DNA of 64,000 nt from Styela clava (Eukaryota). The stretch covers positions 17,670,001-17,734,000 of the forward strand of contig NC_135259.1 of assembly GCF_964204865.1 (NCBI RefSeq), given 5' to 3'. Shown here in pieces: positions 1 through 12,776 of the stretch (positions are counted from its first letter, which is position 1; every line of letters starts with the position of its first letter). A program made the position numbers and the translations under genes. The notes under the pieces are model-generated. The model ran no database searches and was not told where the DNA came from. It saw nothing but the letters and a program-made list of their open reading frames with translations.

Positions 1-585
1 AGTGATAGAGGAGTATTCAAACAATCCAGTTTGGGAAAAGCGTTGTACACTGGCCAACTCTCACTCCCACCTGATTCTCCATTCCCATCATCTGAAACTG
101 AACAAACTTTTCCCTACTTTTTCATTGCAGATCAGGCATTCCAGTTATCCAGAAGGATAATGAAACCTTATCCACAACGAGGGCTTACTTCTGACAAAAG
201 AATATATAATTATCACATGTCACGTGGGCGGCGCATTATTGAGTGTGCATTTGGAATGATGTGCGCAAAGTGGGGAGTATTGAATACTGCTATGAAGTGC
301 ATAGACATGAACAAAGCTGTGTCAATTGTTTGTGCAACATGTATACTGCACAACTTTGTCAGAATTTTAGAAGGAAAGCCAATGGAAAAGTTTGTTGAAT
401 TCATTTCCAAAAAAAGTTCAGATATTCCCTCTCAACAATTGCTAGGTAGTATGCCAGAAAATGGAAATCGTCCAGCAAATGAAGTATTAAGAATACGCGA
501 CAACATTTGTGAATATTTTATGGGAGTTGGCAGTGTTCCGTGGCAGACACAATCTGCTTTGGGGCATATGGGAGACCAAAAATAA
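1..585 (+). CDS. PIF/Harbinger transposase (DDE_Tnp_4, HARBI1/ALP1-like), C-terminal part; starts upstream of the window
   Basis: Frame is open from base 1 (SDRGVFKQSSLGKALY). Harbinger motifs are present: FIADQAFQL, MKPYP, YNYHMSRGRRIIECAFG and CILHNF. Confidence 0.93.
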   Translation, partial: SDRGVFKQSSLGKALYTGQLSLPPDSPFPSSETEQTFPYFFIADQAFQLSRRIMKPYPQRGLTSDKRIYNYHMSRGRRIIECAFGMMCAKWGVLNTAMKCIDMNKAVSIVCATCILHNFVRILEGKPMEKFVEFISKKSSDIPSQQLLGSMPENGNRPANEVLRIRDNICEYFMGVGSVPWQTQSALGHMGDQK

Positions 586-1377
586 GCTGGAACTACTATA
601 GGTATACTTCTGACACCAACAAACTGATCAAAATGCTTCTTTGCAGTCGAATGCTATAATACTGAGGCTGATATCAATGTGCTAATGCCCACAGCTTAAT
701 GCATACCAACATGATACTCTGAGATGACCAAACTTAAATAATTTACCAATTCCCAATACATCTGCAGGAAAATATCTTCTATGGGGTCACGCTGAACAGA
801 ACAAGCGTATATACGCTGGACTGATTTTATTTATATTTAAGAGGCTGGGGTAAAGACTGCTTTGAATAGTTTTTACAACTGGCAGAAAATGCGCTTGCAT
901 ACGTCCAAACAAACTTTGTTTAATTTGTTCAATTTTACAAAAGCGTCAGAAACCAGTACCTATATGCATTTACTTCGACATATACAAAATAAATGAAAAT
1001 AGTATCTCTCATTCTGATGTTTATTTATATTGATAGTTTTTACCAGAAGCCAGATTGAAATAAGAATAGTTCGTAATCCAGCAATGTTAATTTGGCATGA
1101 TCTAATCACAGTCAACCTGCAGTATAGGTATACAATCACTGTCGCTATCTTCCACATTTTCTGTAATTAACTCTAAGATCCTCTTTTTAAATTTCAACTT
1201 TTTCTCTTTATCAAAGCTTTTCATATCTGGCAAAATAGAGATCAGAAAATTAATCGGGGTTATTCCTTTCCAATCCTCTCTTGCTTTTAGGTAACTTATT
1301 ATTGCTTTATCAATATTTGATGCTTTGCTCTCAACCGGAACCCTCTTGACGAGCCTTCTTTTCTCTCTAGCATCACC

Positions 1378-2078
1378 TGTGGGATAAGTACGCGTAGGGT
1401 ACGGTACCTAATGTGTCCCACTGCGACTCAAAGATACAGGGTAACTGGAGACGCGTCCTGTCCCTTGGGTCCCCAAATAATGTCTTCAATCTATGCACCA
1501 ACTGACCAACACACACTGCAACCTTTACACCAACAATTCCGTAGACTTGTGTTGAAAGAAACTTTATTATCTTGTTTAAACACATCTAATGTCGACGTCA
1601 GTGATAACAGTGTTAGGGTTAGTGTCGGCGTTAGTGTTAGTGATAAATTGACTGTTTTTGACAAGGACTCAAAGAACAGCCATAAGTATGCTAGAATACA
1701 AATAAAAACAATAAGCGACATATACGATACAACAAAATACAGCAATCCTCACAACCTATCGGACAATATATGGATAAACATATTAATATCAATTCTAGAA
1801 TTCCTACCTGATAATCATTTAGTAATATAACCAGAAAAATAGTAAAACCTATAAACTATAAAATCTGCAGTCGTGCAGAATCCTCCCTAATAAGCAAAGC
1901 GCAACGAGCGTCTACCTCGTGGCAAGGAAAGTTCTAGAAGGCCGTAAAGCGCGGGGGAATAAGTGACTATTACGTCACAGTAAAGATGGGCAATGTAAAC
2001 TCATAAAGTGTGACTAACTTAAGGTGCTTACAGTGAAGGACTCAAGGTTCCATAAAATGCATGCAAACATTTCTTACA
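1378..2078 (-). repeat. BEL 3' LTR (701 bp)
   Basis: Differs from the 5' LTR by a 12-bp indel (AGTGTCGGCGTT near 1621) and about 4 substitutions seen by eye. Confidence 0.96.
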
Positions 2079-2382
2079 TACCGGCCCCGAAAATTATATG
2101 AAATGTTATATCGATAACAAGGAAAATGATTTTCAAAAACAAGAAAGGTTTGCTTGACTTCCAAAAACAATTGAAAGGATAAACACAGTAACAAACCAAT
2201 AAAGATAGCGAAATTGTCAATGCAAGACCCCAAAAAATAAAAAGGGTGGGTAAAACCAAAAAATTATCTCCCTCAAAAATAATTCAAAAATAGACACCTA
2301 ATATTCCCATAGTGAGAATGTATGCTATGTATGTGTAACTGTGGTGTGGTTGCTATTGCTATATATGTAGTGTGTAAATGTA

Positions 2383-5300
2383 TCAAACAGCTTCTAGTAG
2401 ACAAAGCTTCCTTATGTCACGCACATATGTTGAATTGGATGTGCGCACCTTCACTCGTCTGACAACCCCTTGATCATCGGGGTATGTTTCTTCTACAATT
2501 GCCTTGGGCCAACATCCTCTTGGTGAATTGTCATCGTACACCAGCACAAGATCTCCAACTTGAAAGTTGCGTTGAATATTGAGCCACTTCTGTCGGCACT
2601 GTAATTGGGGAAGATATTCTTTTGTCCAACGCTGCCAAAATAAATCGAGTAATCGTTGAACATGTCTGTATCCTCTTCTATATTCATCCGTTCGAAAGAA
2701 CACATCAGGTGGTAAAGACGGTTCTAATCTGTTTATCAAAATTGAATTGGGAGAAAGGGCATTCAAGTCCTTCGGATCATCACTCAGTGGTGTGAGTGGT
2801 CTATCGTTGAGAATTTCCTCCACTCCTGTAAGAAGAGACCATAATGAGTAGTCATTGAGAGACTGGCCATCCAAAAGAGCTCGGAGAATTCTTTTCACCT
2901 CTCGTACCATTCTTTCCACCACTCCATTTTGGTGACTAGAAAGAGGAGGCGAAAAATGCCATTGTATACCCTTTTGAGATAGAGATGTGTCAATCAGTTT
3001 GGAATTCCATTTGTTGATACCATCTGCAATAGCTTTGCTTCCAGCCACCAAGTTGGATCCATTGTCTGAATATACATGAGCAGGTTTCCCACGTCTAGAT
3101 GTAAACCTGAAGAAAGCTTGCAGGAATGCTGAAGTATCCAAAGATTCCACAACTTCGATATGAATGGCCCTTGTAGCCATGCATGAAAATATACAGCCAT
3201 ATCGTTTATGTTCGCTTCGCCCCAATTTGACTTTCACAGGGCCAAACAGATCAACTGCAGTGTAGAAAAATGGTGGGTTACCTGCAGTAACACGAGAAAA
3301 TGGTAGATCTGCCATCCACTGCTCTCCTACTTTTGCAGAACGTCTGTTGCAAGCAACACAGTCACGAACAACCTTGGCAACAGCAGATTGTCCCTTCAAA
3401 ATCCAATATTTGCCACGAACAGAGGAAAGTGTGTGTAATGTACCAGAATGTCCAGTCATTTCATGATGTTTGGTAATAATCAGTTTTGTCACATGATGGT
3501 ATGGTGGAAGAATAATCGGATGCTTCTGATCAACTGGTAAACCGGAGTTTCGAAGTCGTCCACCTACACGCAGGATTCCATCTTGTACAAAAGGGTTGCA
3601 TTTGAGAAGTGTTTTCGAAAATTGTGTTTTGAGATTCTTTTAGTTCTGTATATTGGATGGTGCCTCGTCTGCACCTGTATTATCTTTGAAATATTTGAGC
3701 TCCTCTGAGAGGGATGATTGTTGTACTAGTTTCATAATTTCTTTGGTGGCGTAATCTAATTCCTCCACAGATAAAAATCCCAAAGTTGGTGAATTGTCAG
3801 AATGTGAGAATTTCCAAGTTGCATATGTACGAAATCGTAGTAGCCATGCAACAGCTCTACGTAGCTTTTCGAATGATGAGTAACGCAATAACAGTTCATG
3901 TAATGGAGAAGAATCTGTGAGATCTTTCATAGGTTCAGTATAATGAACTTTCATCTCCGAAGCAAGTTGTGGGTCGCATGGGACTTCATGAATCCCATCA
4001 TCAACCACGATCCATGCATCTTCACTTCCCCATATAAATTGTGGGCCTTTGAACCAAATACCAGCCTTGTTTAGTTTATCTGGCATTAGACCACGAGAAG
4101 CAATGTCGGCTGGATTCAGCTTAGATTCGACATGGTGCCATTGATGTGGTTTTGACAAGAGATGAATTGTGTTTATTCTGTTGGCCACAAATGTCTTGAA
4201 GCGTTCAGAACGATTATTGATCATCTGGATAACTGACATGGAATCTGACCAATATATAACACCGTCAACTGTATGGTCCAGTTCTTGTAAAATTGAATTG
4301 GCAAGCTCAGCAGCCACAACTGCAGCGATGAGTTCCAATCGTGGAATAGTCAGTGGCTGCTTAGGAGTTACTCTAGCGACTCCCCTGACAAAGGAACAAT
4401 GAACTTCAACTTTGTCGCCAGTAAGTCGTAAGTAAGCTGATGCTCCATAGCCAGATGTGCTGCCATCACAAAAACAATGTAATTGGATATTGTTGCTTTT
4501 GAACTCTTGTGGTTTGTAACATCGAGGGTTCGCCAGGCCATTCAATGCATGTAATTTATCGATTCATTTTTCCCAACGGTCCTTTAGTAAACCAGTAATG
4601 GGGTCATCCCATGAGTATCCTTCAATACAAAGATCCTGCAGAATTCGCTTGGCAGGTAAGATGAATGGTTGAACAAAACCCAAAGGATCAAAGATTTGAC
4701 TCACCATTGAAAGAATGCTATTTCGAGTGAGCGCCTTTGGTTCAATGTTGACGTATACTACAGATTCATCAGTGTGCATGTTCCATTGTACACCTAGGGT
4801 GCGACTGAGTGAATTACTTTCAAGATTGAGGTCTTTGATTGCAGGAGCACGATCACTTTCTGGAACTGATTGCAGAACATTGATATCATTGCTCATAAAT
4901 TTGGTGAGGTGAAATCCTCCAGTTGCCAATAATTCAGTGAGCTGTTTGATTAGTCTTACAGCATCTGATGGATCATCGACAGATTTCAGTCCATCATCGA
5001 CATAAAAATTGCGCATAACTGTGCGTACTGTCATTTCATCTGCATTCGACAGATTGTCTGCGGCTACTTTGTGTAGCGCAAATGTGTCAACAGAAGGTGA
5101 TGAAGTGTTCCCAAAGTTGTGGGACAACATTTTAAAGTCAATAGGAACACTATCCAAATTATGGTCCTTCCACCATAGGAACCGCTGAGCATCTGTGTCC
5201 TCAGGTGAAACTTTAATTCTGTGGAACATTTCTTTTATGTCACAAACAAATGCAGTCAATTCTTGCCTGAATCGAATGAGCACTCCTGTTAGCATGTTGT

Positions 5301-8300
5301 TCTTGTCAGGACCAGAAAGCAAATTTTTATTCAATGAAGTTCCTTTACACTCAGCAGAACTGTCAAAAACAACTCTAAATTTAGATTGGTGTGTGGCATG
5401 ATGTGGAATGTACTATGTTTTATTTGTGGGTGTGAGTGCATGTGATGGGATTACTTCGGCGTAACCATTCTGAATATAACCCTCAATTTTATCTCTATAT
5501 TTCTGAAATAATTCAGGGTCCCCCATGAATTTACGTTTCAAATACACTAGTCGCTTCTCAGCGATATTACGGTTATAGGGAAGGCTAACAGTGTCTGACT
5601 TCCATGGAAGTCCAATTTGAAACCGACCATCAACCTTGGTCACAGTTTGGTTCATAAAATCAAGTGCCCTTCTATCATCTTGGAATGGCTGAGTAATACA
5701 TGGGTTAGCATTAACATCAGCAAAATCATGAGCACACATATGACAAATAGGTTCATTAAAACTAGAAAAATCAGTAAAATTACAATCAATTGGGTGTATA
5801 GTATTCAAATAATTGACCTCTGCATTGGTCTCTGCAATGCTTACATCTGGGCCAGTAAGGGCCCAACCTAGGATAGTGTGTAATGCAGTGGGGGATCCAG
5901 CTGCACCCACCCGGGTTTCGGTAATTGGGTAACGACCCAGGACATCAGCCCCAATAAGCAAATCGATCGGTTTATCCAATAGGGGAAAATCTAGGTCCCG
6001 TAGGTGAGGATAACGCTGTGTGGCCTCAGTGTTTGGTATCGAATCTCGTACATCAGGTATCGAGTCAAATGTCAAGGCATGGTGAACATCAACGGTCTGG
6101 GGTTCATGGACACCCCTGATAGTAAATGAAACTTTCATGCCATCATGAAGTTTTGGACCAGTGACAGTCCGTATTGTACATCTCTCTGGCTCTCCATTGA
6201 GAGCTAAATCCCTAGCTAATTTAGTGGAACACAAGGATCTAGTTGCCCCATAATCTAGGAAGGCATATGTCAATGACTTATGGTTCGAATCACAAACTTT
6301 CACCTCAACAGGGACAACCATGAGCCTAACAAAACAATCAGTATCACAAAAGTTGACAACATTGGCAAAATAAGAACTTACATTTGTTGAATTGACCTTA
6401 CTATTAGTGTCCGTGGGTATATTTCCGGTCACAGGTGATCGTGGCCTGGTTGGCATTTCATTCTGATGAAGTAGTGTGTGGTGCTTCCGTGTACACCCAT
6501 CAGCTTGGCAACGTTTCTGAGACGGACATTCCTTGACGATGTGTCCGGATCTCATGCAGTTGAAGCATAAATTGTTCTCTCGAATGAAATCACGACGATG
6601 TTGCAGGTCATATTGTTTGAATGTTGCGCAACGATATAAAGGGTGATCGTTCTTGCAACATAAACATAAAGTTTGTGGGTGCTTTTGGCTAGCACCATGG
6701 GCTTGTTGTCTTCCATTGTAATGTGTTGGTTTGTAAGCAGGTGATGAATTCCTCTTCTGTTATGTTGAAGAACTGATTGTAGAATAGGCAGACATTTTCC
6801 CAAAGCGAGATTTAAAATTTTGTACTGCCCTGGGCTTGTTGTCATTTTCTGCCATTAAACGTCCATAAAAATTATTACTGAGATGGGCTCTCAGTTCAAC
6901 AAATTCCAATAAATGAGTGAATGAAGGAATCGGATGATTCTTCCAAGAAGTGTCATGTACATAATCTGCTTGTAATGTTGGTGGTAAACGACGAAATATA
7001 TCTTTGAGATAAGCTTGTGCATCCAGCATTTGTTCAGCTTTCCACTGTGTCAGAATAATAAAACAGTTTCTCATCTGAGACGCAAGTCGACACAGTGCTT
7101 TAGTATCATTGGCTCTTATCCTAGGTCCTTCTGTCAGTTGGCGGATGTGAGCGTCAATGACTAGTGTACGATTTCCAAATCGATACAGTAAGGTGTCTCG
7201 TGCTGCTTGATATCCTTCGCTTGGAGAATCGACAATTACAAGATGCTTAATAGCATCCTTGGCCTCACCAGAGCACATCTGTATAAGTTGAGCTAATTTC
7301 ACCGCAGGTTCATAGGCGTGATGACCAATGATGTTGTCAAATCCACGCATGAATGCATGATAGCTTTTTGGGTCACCATCAAATGTTATGGGGTCAAGTT
7401 TAGGCAGTGTGAAGCCTTGTTTCATGGTGTTTGCCAAAACATACAAATCATCTCTGCTGGGATAATTATGATCCAATTGTTGAGATGGATATTCCGGGAG
7501 TACTGAAGTGTGAGGATCAGGTCTTGAAATTACTGGTGGTAGTGCAGTATTAGGAGGAAGATAGGATCTTGAAGGCGGTGGCATCCAACAGTCATCTCTG
7601 GCCATTGATGACATAATGGGTCGGGTAGGAAAGGTACGAAGGGGCTCAGGATAAGTCACAGGGCAAAAAATTTGTGGGTAGGTAAAAGTTGGTTCACAAA
7701 TAGCAGGATACGAAAATGATGTGCCTATAGATGCCGGCCCTATTGGGGGATATGCAGGTAACGTATTATCATGGTAACTTGATGAGACGGTGGGATATGA
7801 CAAATTCCTTCTTGCAGTTTGGTGAGATAACGCCGGCGTCACAGCAGGCAAATTTTGCAATGGTGCAATATTATAGTGGATAGCTGAAGATACAACTGGT
7901 AAGGTGCCAATGTTAATTCCAATTCTATGAAGCTGTTGGCTCCTACTGATAACAGAAGTCGAATTACACAACGTAAGCTCCGTAATACTAGCAGAAGGCA
8001 TTGTAATAGCCATACCTGTAGAAGTGTCAATTGCTGAGCTGAGAATGTCAGTTATTCCACCTCCTGTTGAAACTTGAACAGAAGGTTGCATGACGTTACA
8101 AGAATATTCCGGAACATAATTTCGCAAATTCAACGCTGGGGGTGGTTCAAACAGTGTTTCGTCAAGAGCTTGTACTTCAATCAATGAACTTCTTGACGAT
8201 TTTGTGCTACTGGATTGTGATAGAATTTTGGCACGTTGCTGCTTATAATACGCTTTATTGATTTTAAGTTGCAGCTGGGCTTCTTCTAATTCTTCAGCTG

Positions 8301-8763
8301 CCTCAAGCTCCAGTAATCTAGCTTTTGTGGAAGAAGTGGTGCTACTAGTCTTTGAGTGCGAATGTTTAGATTTTTTTGTGCTAGCTTGGGACTCATCACT
8401 AGCAAGGCATTCTTGTTGATAATGTCGATATTTCATATTACATGAATTTTTCATATCATTTAGCCGAGTTAAATACTGTGAAGCGTTTTGAATATTCATG
8501 ACATCAGATTCTGTTGTTGCTGAATGCAAAGTAATGTAATTGTTCAAATATTCCTCCCAAGTAGCCACTGCACTATCCAGTCTATCTTTTGCAGCAACTA
8601 CATTTTTTCGATTATTTGGAATATTCATCAGTCTATCAAGACTGGTAAGTAATGTAGTGATGTTCCGATCATGAACGAGTCGAATTGATTCCAGTGTCTG
8701 GATTTCCAATGCTGTGCTGGTGTGAGACACAGCAGATTGAAGAATTTCATCATTTAAAGCCAT
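2383..8763 (-). pseudogene. BEL/Pao gag-pol polyprotein in a single frame with four in-frame stops
   Basis: ORFs 6760-8763, 5413-6555, 4564-5334, 3640-4545 and 2383-3492 share one frame. Motifs: DUF1759-like FDGDPKSY; three knuckles (CLCCKNDHPLYRC, CFNCMRSGHIVKEC, CQADGCTRKHHTLLH); protease AFLDYGAT; RT YVDD; RNase H HCFCDGS/TIPRLEL; integrase HHCC, DLFGP and SDNGSN. Confidence 0.95.
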
Positions 8764-8780
8764 CAGTCAATTTATTTCGA

Positions 8781-9469
8781 TGTGGGATAAGTACGCGTAG
8801 GGTACGGTACCTAATGTGTCCCACTGCGACTCAAAGATACAGGGTAACTGGAGACGCGTCCTGTCCCTTGGGTCCCCAAATAATGTCTTCAATCTATGCA
8901 CCAACTGACCAACACACACTGCAACCTTTACACCAACAATTCCGTAGACTTGTGTTGAAAGAAACTTTATTATCTTGTTTAAACACATCTAATGTTGACG
9001 TCAGTGATAACAGTGTTAGGGTTAGTGTTAGTGATAAATTGACTGTTTTTGACAAGGACTCAAAGAACAGCCATAAGTATGCTAGAATACAAATAAAAAC
9101 AATAAGCGACATATACGATACAACAAAATACAGCAATCCTCACAACCTATCGGACAATATATGGATAAACATATTAATATCAATTCTAGAATTCCTACCT
9201 GATAATCATTTAGTAATATAACCAGAAAAATAGTAAAACCTATAAACTATAAAATCTGCAGTCGTGCAGAATCCTCCCTAATAAGCTAAGCGCAACAAGC
9301 GTCTATCTCGTGGCAAGGAAAGTTCTAGAAGGCCGTAAAGCGCGGGGGAATAAGTGACTATTACGTCACAGTAAAGATGGGCAATGTAAACTCATAAAGT
9401 GTGACTAACTTAAGGTGCTTACAGTGAAGGACTCAAGGTTCCATAAAATGCATGCAAACATTTCTTACA
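8781..9469 (-). repeat. BEL 5' LTR (689 bp)
   Basis: Direct repeat of 1378-2078 with termini TGTGGG...CTTACA. Confidence 0.96.
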
Positions 9470-10598
9470 TCACCCTCTTGTACAATATCACTTGCACTCA
9501 ATGAACTTCCTTCAAAGCTTTGGTCTGACGATTCATTCTCTGCGGTTTCATAATCGGGACATTCAATAACTTCTAAATCTAAATTCTCTCTCTGTGCCCT
9601 CGATTTTAAATGTGGCATAACAAATCCCATATATTCATGCAAGTAATAGGGTTTCTTTGCTATCGTGCCTGATCCTGACGGTGGTTGGTCACGCAGATTT
9701 TTCATCAGAGCTGTCCTGAGCTTCTTCCATGTCTCCTTGCAGTTATCCACTGAAATAATTATCATCTTATAATAAATTGAAAACTTTTGATAAGCCAATC
9801 ACAAGAAAAATAAAAGAAATTTTATCCTCAACTAAAGGTATTGATAGAGTTGCATGCTAAGGGGTATTTGATATGAATTTGCAGTTGGCCACAGACCCAG
9901 AAAAAGTCAACGTTTGAGGAAATTTGGCAAAGTGGAAAAGAACTACATACATACATTTTAGGAGAAAAACAAACAGGTGCGTAGATAGTTTGTCAACAAA
10001 TGGGATATGCCACATCTTTGTACAGAGAATATGTATCTTGTATACTATGTGCAATACTAACTGGTTTCATTCACTTCTTCTGCTACTGTTTTCCAAATTA
10101 ACATCTGCACATTTCTGTCCATGTATGCCGGGTTACACACATCGTAAATCTCAGAGTGTCGCTCAATAGCTTGCAACAGAAGGATGTTTTTATTTGCATC
10201 ATGTGACCGTTTCATTTTAAGATGACGGATTATGACACGTAAAAAGTTACACACAGTGTTTGGTTGTTGTGACATTATTAGTTTAATAATAAGCCAAAAA
10301 TTTGCCCCTGAATTTTTTTCTTATTAGCTTCTATACGTACAGTTCAGTATGTATAATTTAGATTGTATACCGGTACTGTATCCAATGATACGGTATGTCA
10401 GTATGTGTGACACCGGTACCAAAACACTGAAACATTGTTTTGGACTTTCAGAATCAGTTGTTCCCCAAAATACCGTAAACTGATGAACATGCACCGGTAC
10501 CTACCGCTATGATTTCATCATCTTGTCACCCAACAGTTAGAATAGGATTTACATATTTATACCGAGGAAGCGAAAATTAAAATGAAATACGGTACCGG

Positions 10599-12776
10599 TA
10601 TAGCAACTAACCCCCAAATGTACTCCATTTCATGTTAAAAATATGAAAACAAAGTTAATTTTCCCCAAGATTCGAACAAAGACTTTCGTAGGAATCAAAT
10701 TACACCAGTTTAAGAAACATAACATGTTCCACCCAGTCATTATCAAATTAAAATTTATATTCTCAAGACTTCTGGCACTGATTGAAATAATTATCTCTAA
10801 GTTCTCATCCGTACGATGTACCTAATTACCCTTGTTGAGATAATAGGAATTTCTGTTTATAACGTAAATCACGAGCTCACGTTTACAGCATTTAATTAGA
10901 AGTATGATAGACGTATAAATACGACTCCGATATCTTTCGAGAGAGGGAAGACGATGTAAACCATTCTAAGCTAGTCTGGATAAATGTTATAAAATTTATA
11001 TTCTGTGTATCGTGGAAATCTGAGAATAAAATCAAACAGAGTTTTCTCAACATATATGCTATAAATGGTGACAAAGCCGACTTGAATTAATCTTCTGAAA
11101 CGGACCAGATCAACGGACAACAACCAGGACAGGCAACAATTTGACGGAATCAACCAAAAAGCTGACCAAGCGAAAGCTTTCAATAAGTGCCGAGAAACCG
11201 TCTCTACAAAACGTGCGAACTTACGAACGTCGGGGAGATTCAAATTGCCTGGAACAACGATTGAAGTATCAAATTGCTGACAAGCCGAAATATTCAAAAA
11301 CATTATGAAAAGACAATAATCTCAATTGAAAACAGTTGAACTATGGTAACGGACTCTGGAAACGTTGAAATCATGAATATGGACTGTATTGAACATCGAT
11401 CGAAATGAACTCTTTTAGAACAAGATATATGTTCGAGGTGAAAAACCTAATCAAAAACGAACTGTTGAAAACAATGAACTATATGGACTGTTTTACGGTA
11501 AATCACGCGCTCTATTCCGAACAAGAGAGGAATTGTCGCGCGTACCCAATCGATATACAGATCAGGAGGATGTAAATCTACAATTTGTTTCATGATTTGC
11601 AGGTTTTTCTCCTCATTGAGACAGACATTTTTCATTCTTCCACTAATACTAAGGTAAAGTACTTCTTTTTCTCCTTATATAAACATGGCGTTTTATTCGG
11701 TTTTCAATTTTTATAAATTAATTAATGGTAACAACTTTGAATATTCTAATTTCAAATACCTTTCAAGAGATTTATATTATTGAATATTTGTGGTTAGCAT
11801 TCCTTTTCGATTAAATAGATTTCGTTAGAATTAAAATGCTTTCTAAAAGTAGATTCGAGCGAGTCATACTTTTAATTATTTACAAAGCCGTCATATAGAA
11901 CGGTTAAATAATAAGCTCGTTAAACAAAAATTGTATCCAAAAGCGTTATTTTTTCAAAAAAGTCCTGAGATGGCATAAACTTAAAAATGCGTTTTTTCTT
12001 CCCGACATGGGACAAGCATATATTGACCAACTAGGTCTACAAAATCGTAACAATGCGATAAAGCGAGTATAAGTATTTTAACTTAGCGAAATACATTAAA
12101 TTGAAAATATGTTTTAACCGTCCAAACCAAAATTTTTAAAATAAAAATACGCCATCCTTCTGTAATTCTACTTTACAACCTTTACCCTTTTCTATAAATT
12201 CTTCTTTGCTTCAATGTCTTGTCTCATAGTAGATCATATACATATAAATATTTTTTTTTGACCTATATCATTAATTTTAGCATTGTGTATTGTATTTTTC
12301 TATATATTTTCAATTTATTAGAGTTGCCAAATCTTTAAACTTCCAGTTAGTAAGATGGGGAGATAATATAGCAACTAACCCCCAAATGTACTCCATTTCA
12401 TGTTAAAAATATGAAAACAAAGTTAATTTTCCCCAAGATTCGAACAAAGACTTTCGTAGGAATCAAATTACACCAGTTTAAGAAACATAACATGTTCCAC
12501 CCAGTCATTATCAAATTAAAATTTATATTCTCAAGACTTCTGGCACTGATTGAAATAATTATCTCTAAGTTCTCATCCGTACGATGTACCTAATTACCCT
12601 TGTTGAGATAATAGGAATTTCTGTTTATAACGTAAATCACGAGCTCACGTTTACAGCATTTAATTAGAAGTATGATAGACGTATAAATACGACTCCGATA
12701 TCTTTCGAGAGAGGGAAGACGATGTAAACCATTCTAAGCTAGTCTGGATAAATGTTATAAAATTTATATTCTGTGT
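10599..12776 (+). mobile_element. Putative non-autonomous LTR-like element with 410-bp direct repeats (10599-11008 and 12367-12776)
   Basis: The repeats look identical by eye. The left copy is bounded by TATAGCA...TGCTATA (ending 11063) and followed by a PBS-like TGGTGAC at 11066. A purine tract AAGATGGGGAGA lies just before the right copy. No recognisable coding sequence inside. Confidence 0.6.

Larger units (their letters stand above)
1378..9469 (-). mobile_element. Full-length BEL/Pao LTR retrotransposon
   Basis: Two TGT...ACA LTRs. A 5-bp TSD TCACC at 1373-1377 and 9470-9474. PPT-like TTCGGGGCCGGTA on the minus strand abuts the 3' LTR. Domain order is gag-PR-RT-RH-INT. Confidence 0.97.
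1102..10215 (-). pseudogene. Harbinger accessory MADF-BESS (Myb/SANT-like) gene interrupted by the BEL element
   Basis: Exon 1 is 10215(or 10275)-10062 (ILLLQAIERHSEIYD...LIWKTVAEEVNET). A phase-1 GTTAGT...TTTCAG intron spans 10061-9750. Exon 2 is 9749-9470 (CKETWKKLR...SGSG...YYLHEYMGFV). It continues in frame at 1372-1102 once the BEL element and one TSD copy are removed, giving the BESS motif FLISILPDMKSFDKEKKLKFKKRILELI and a TAG stop at 1102-1104. Confidence 0.88.

Noticed and set aside
1373-1830. ORFs 1411-1830, 1373-1585, 1491-1745 and their twins at 8685-9221
   Set aside because: They lie inside the BEL LTRs, are duplicated only because the LTR is, and have no domain motifs.
6760-6762. 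Programmed gag-pol readthrough stop
   Set aside because: It lies before the gag zinc knuckles, and three more stops interrupt pol, so nonsense mutation is more likely.
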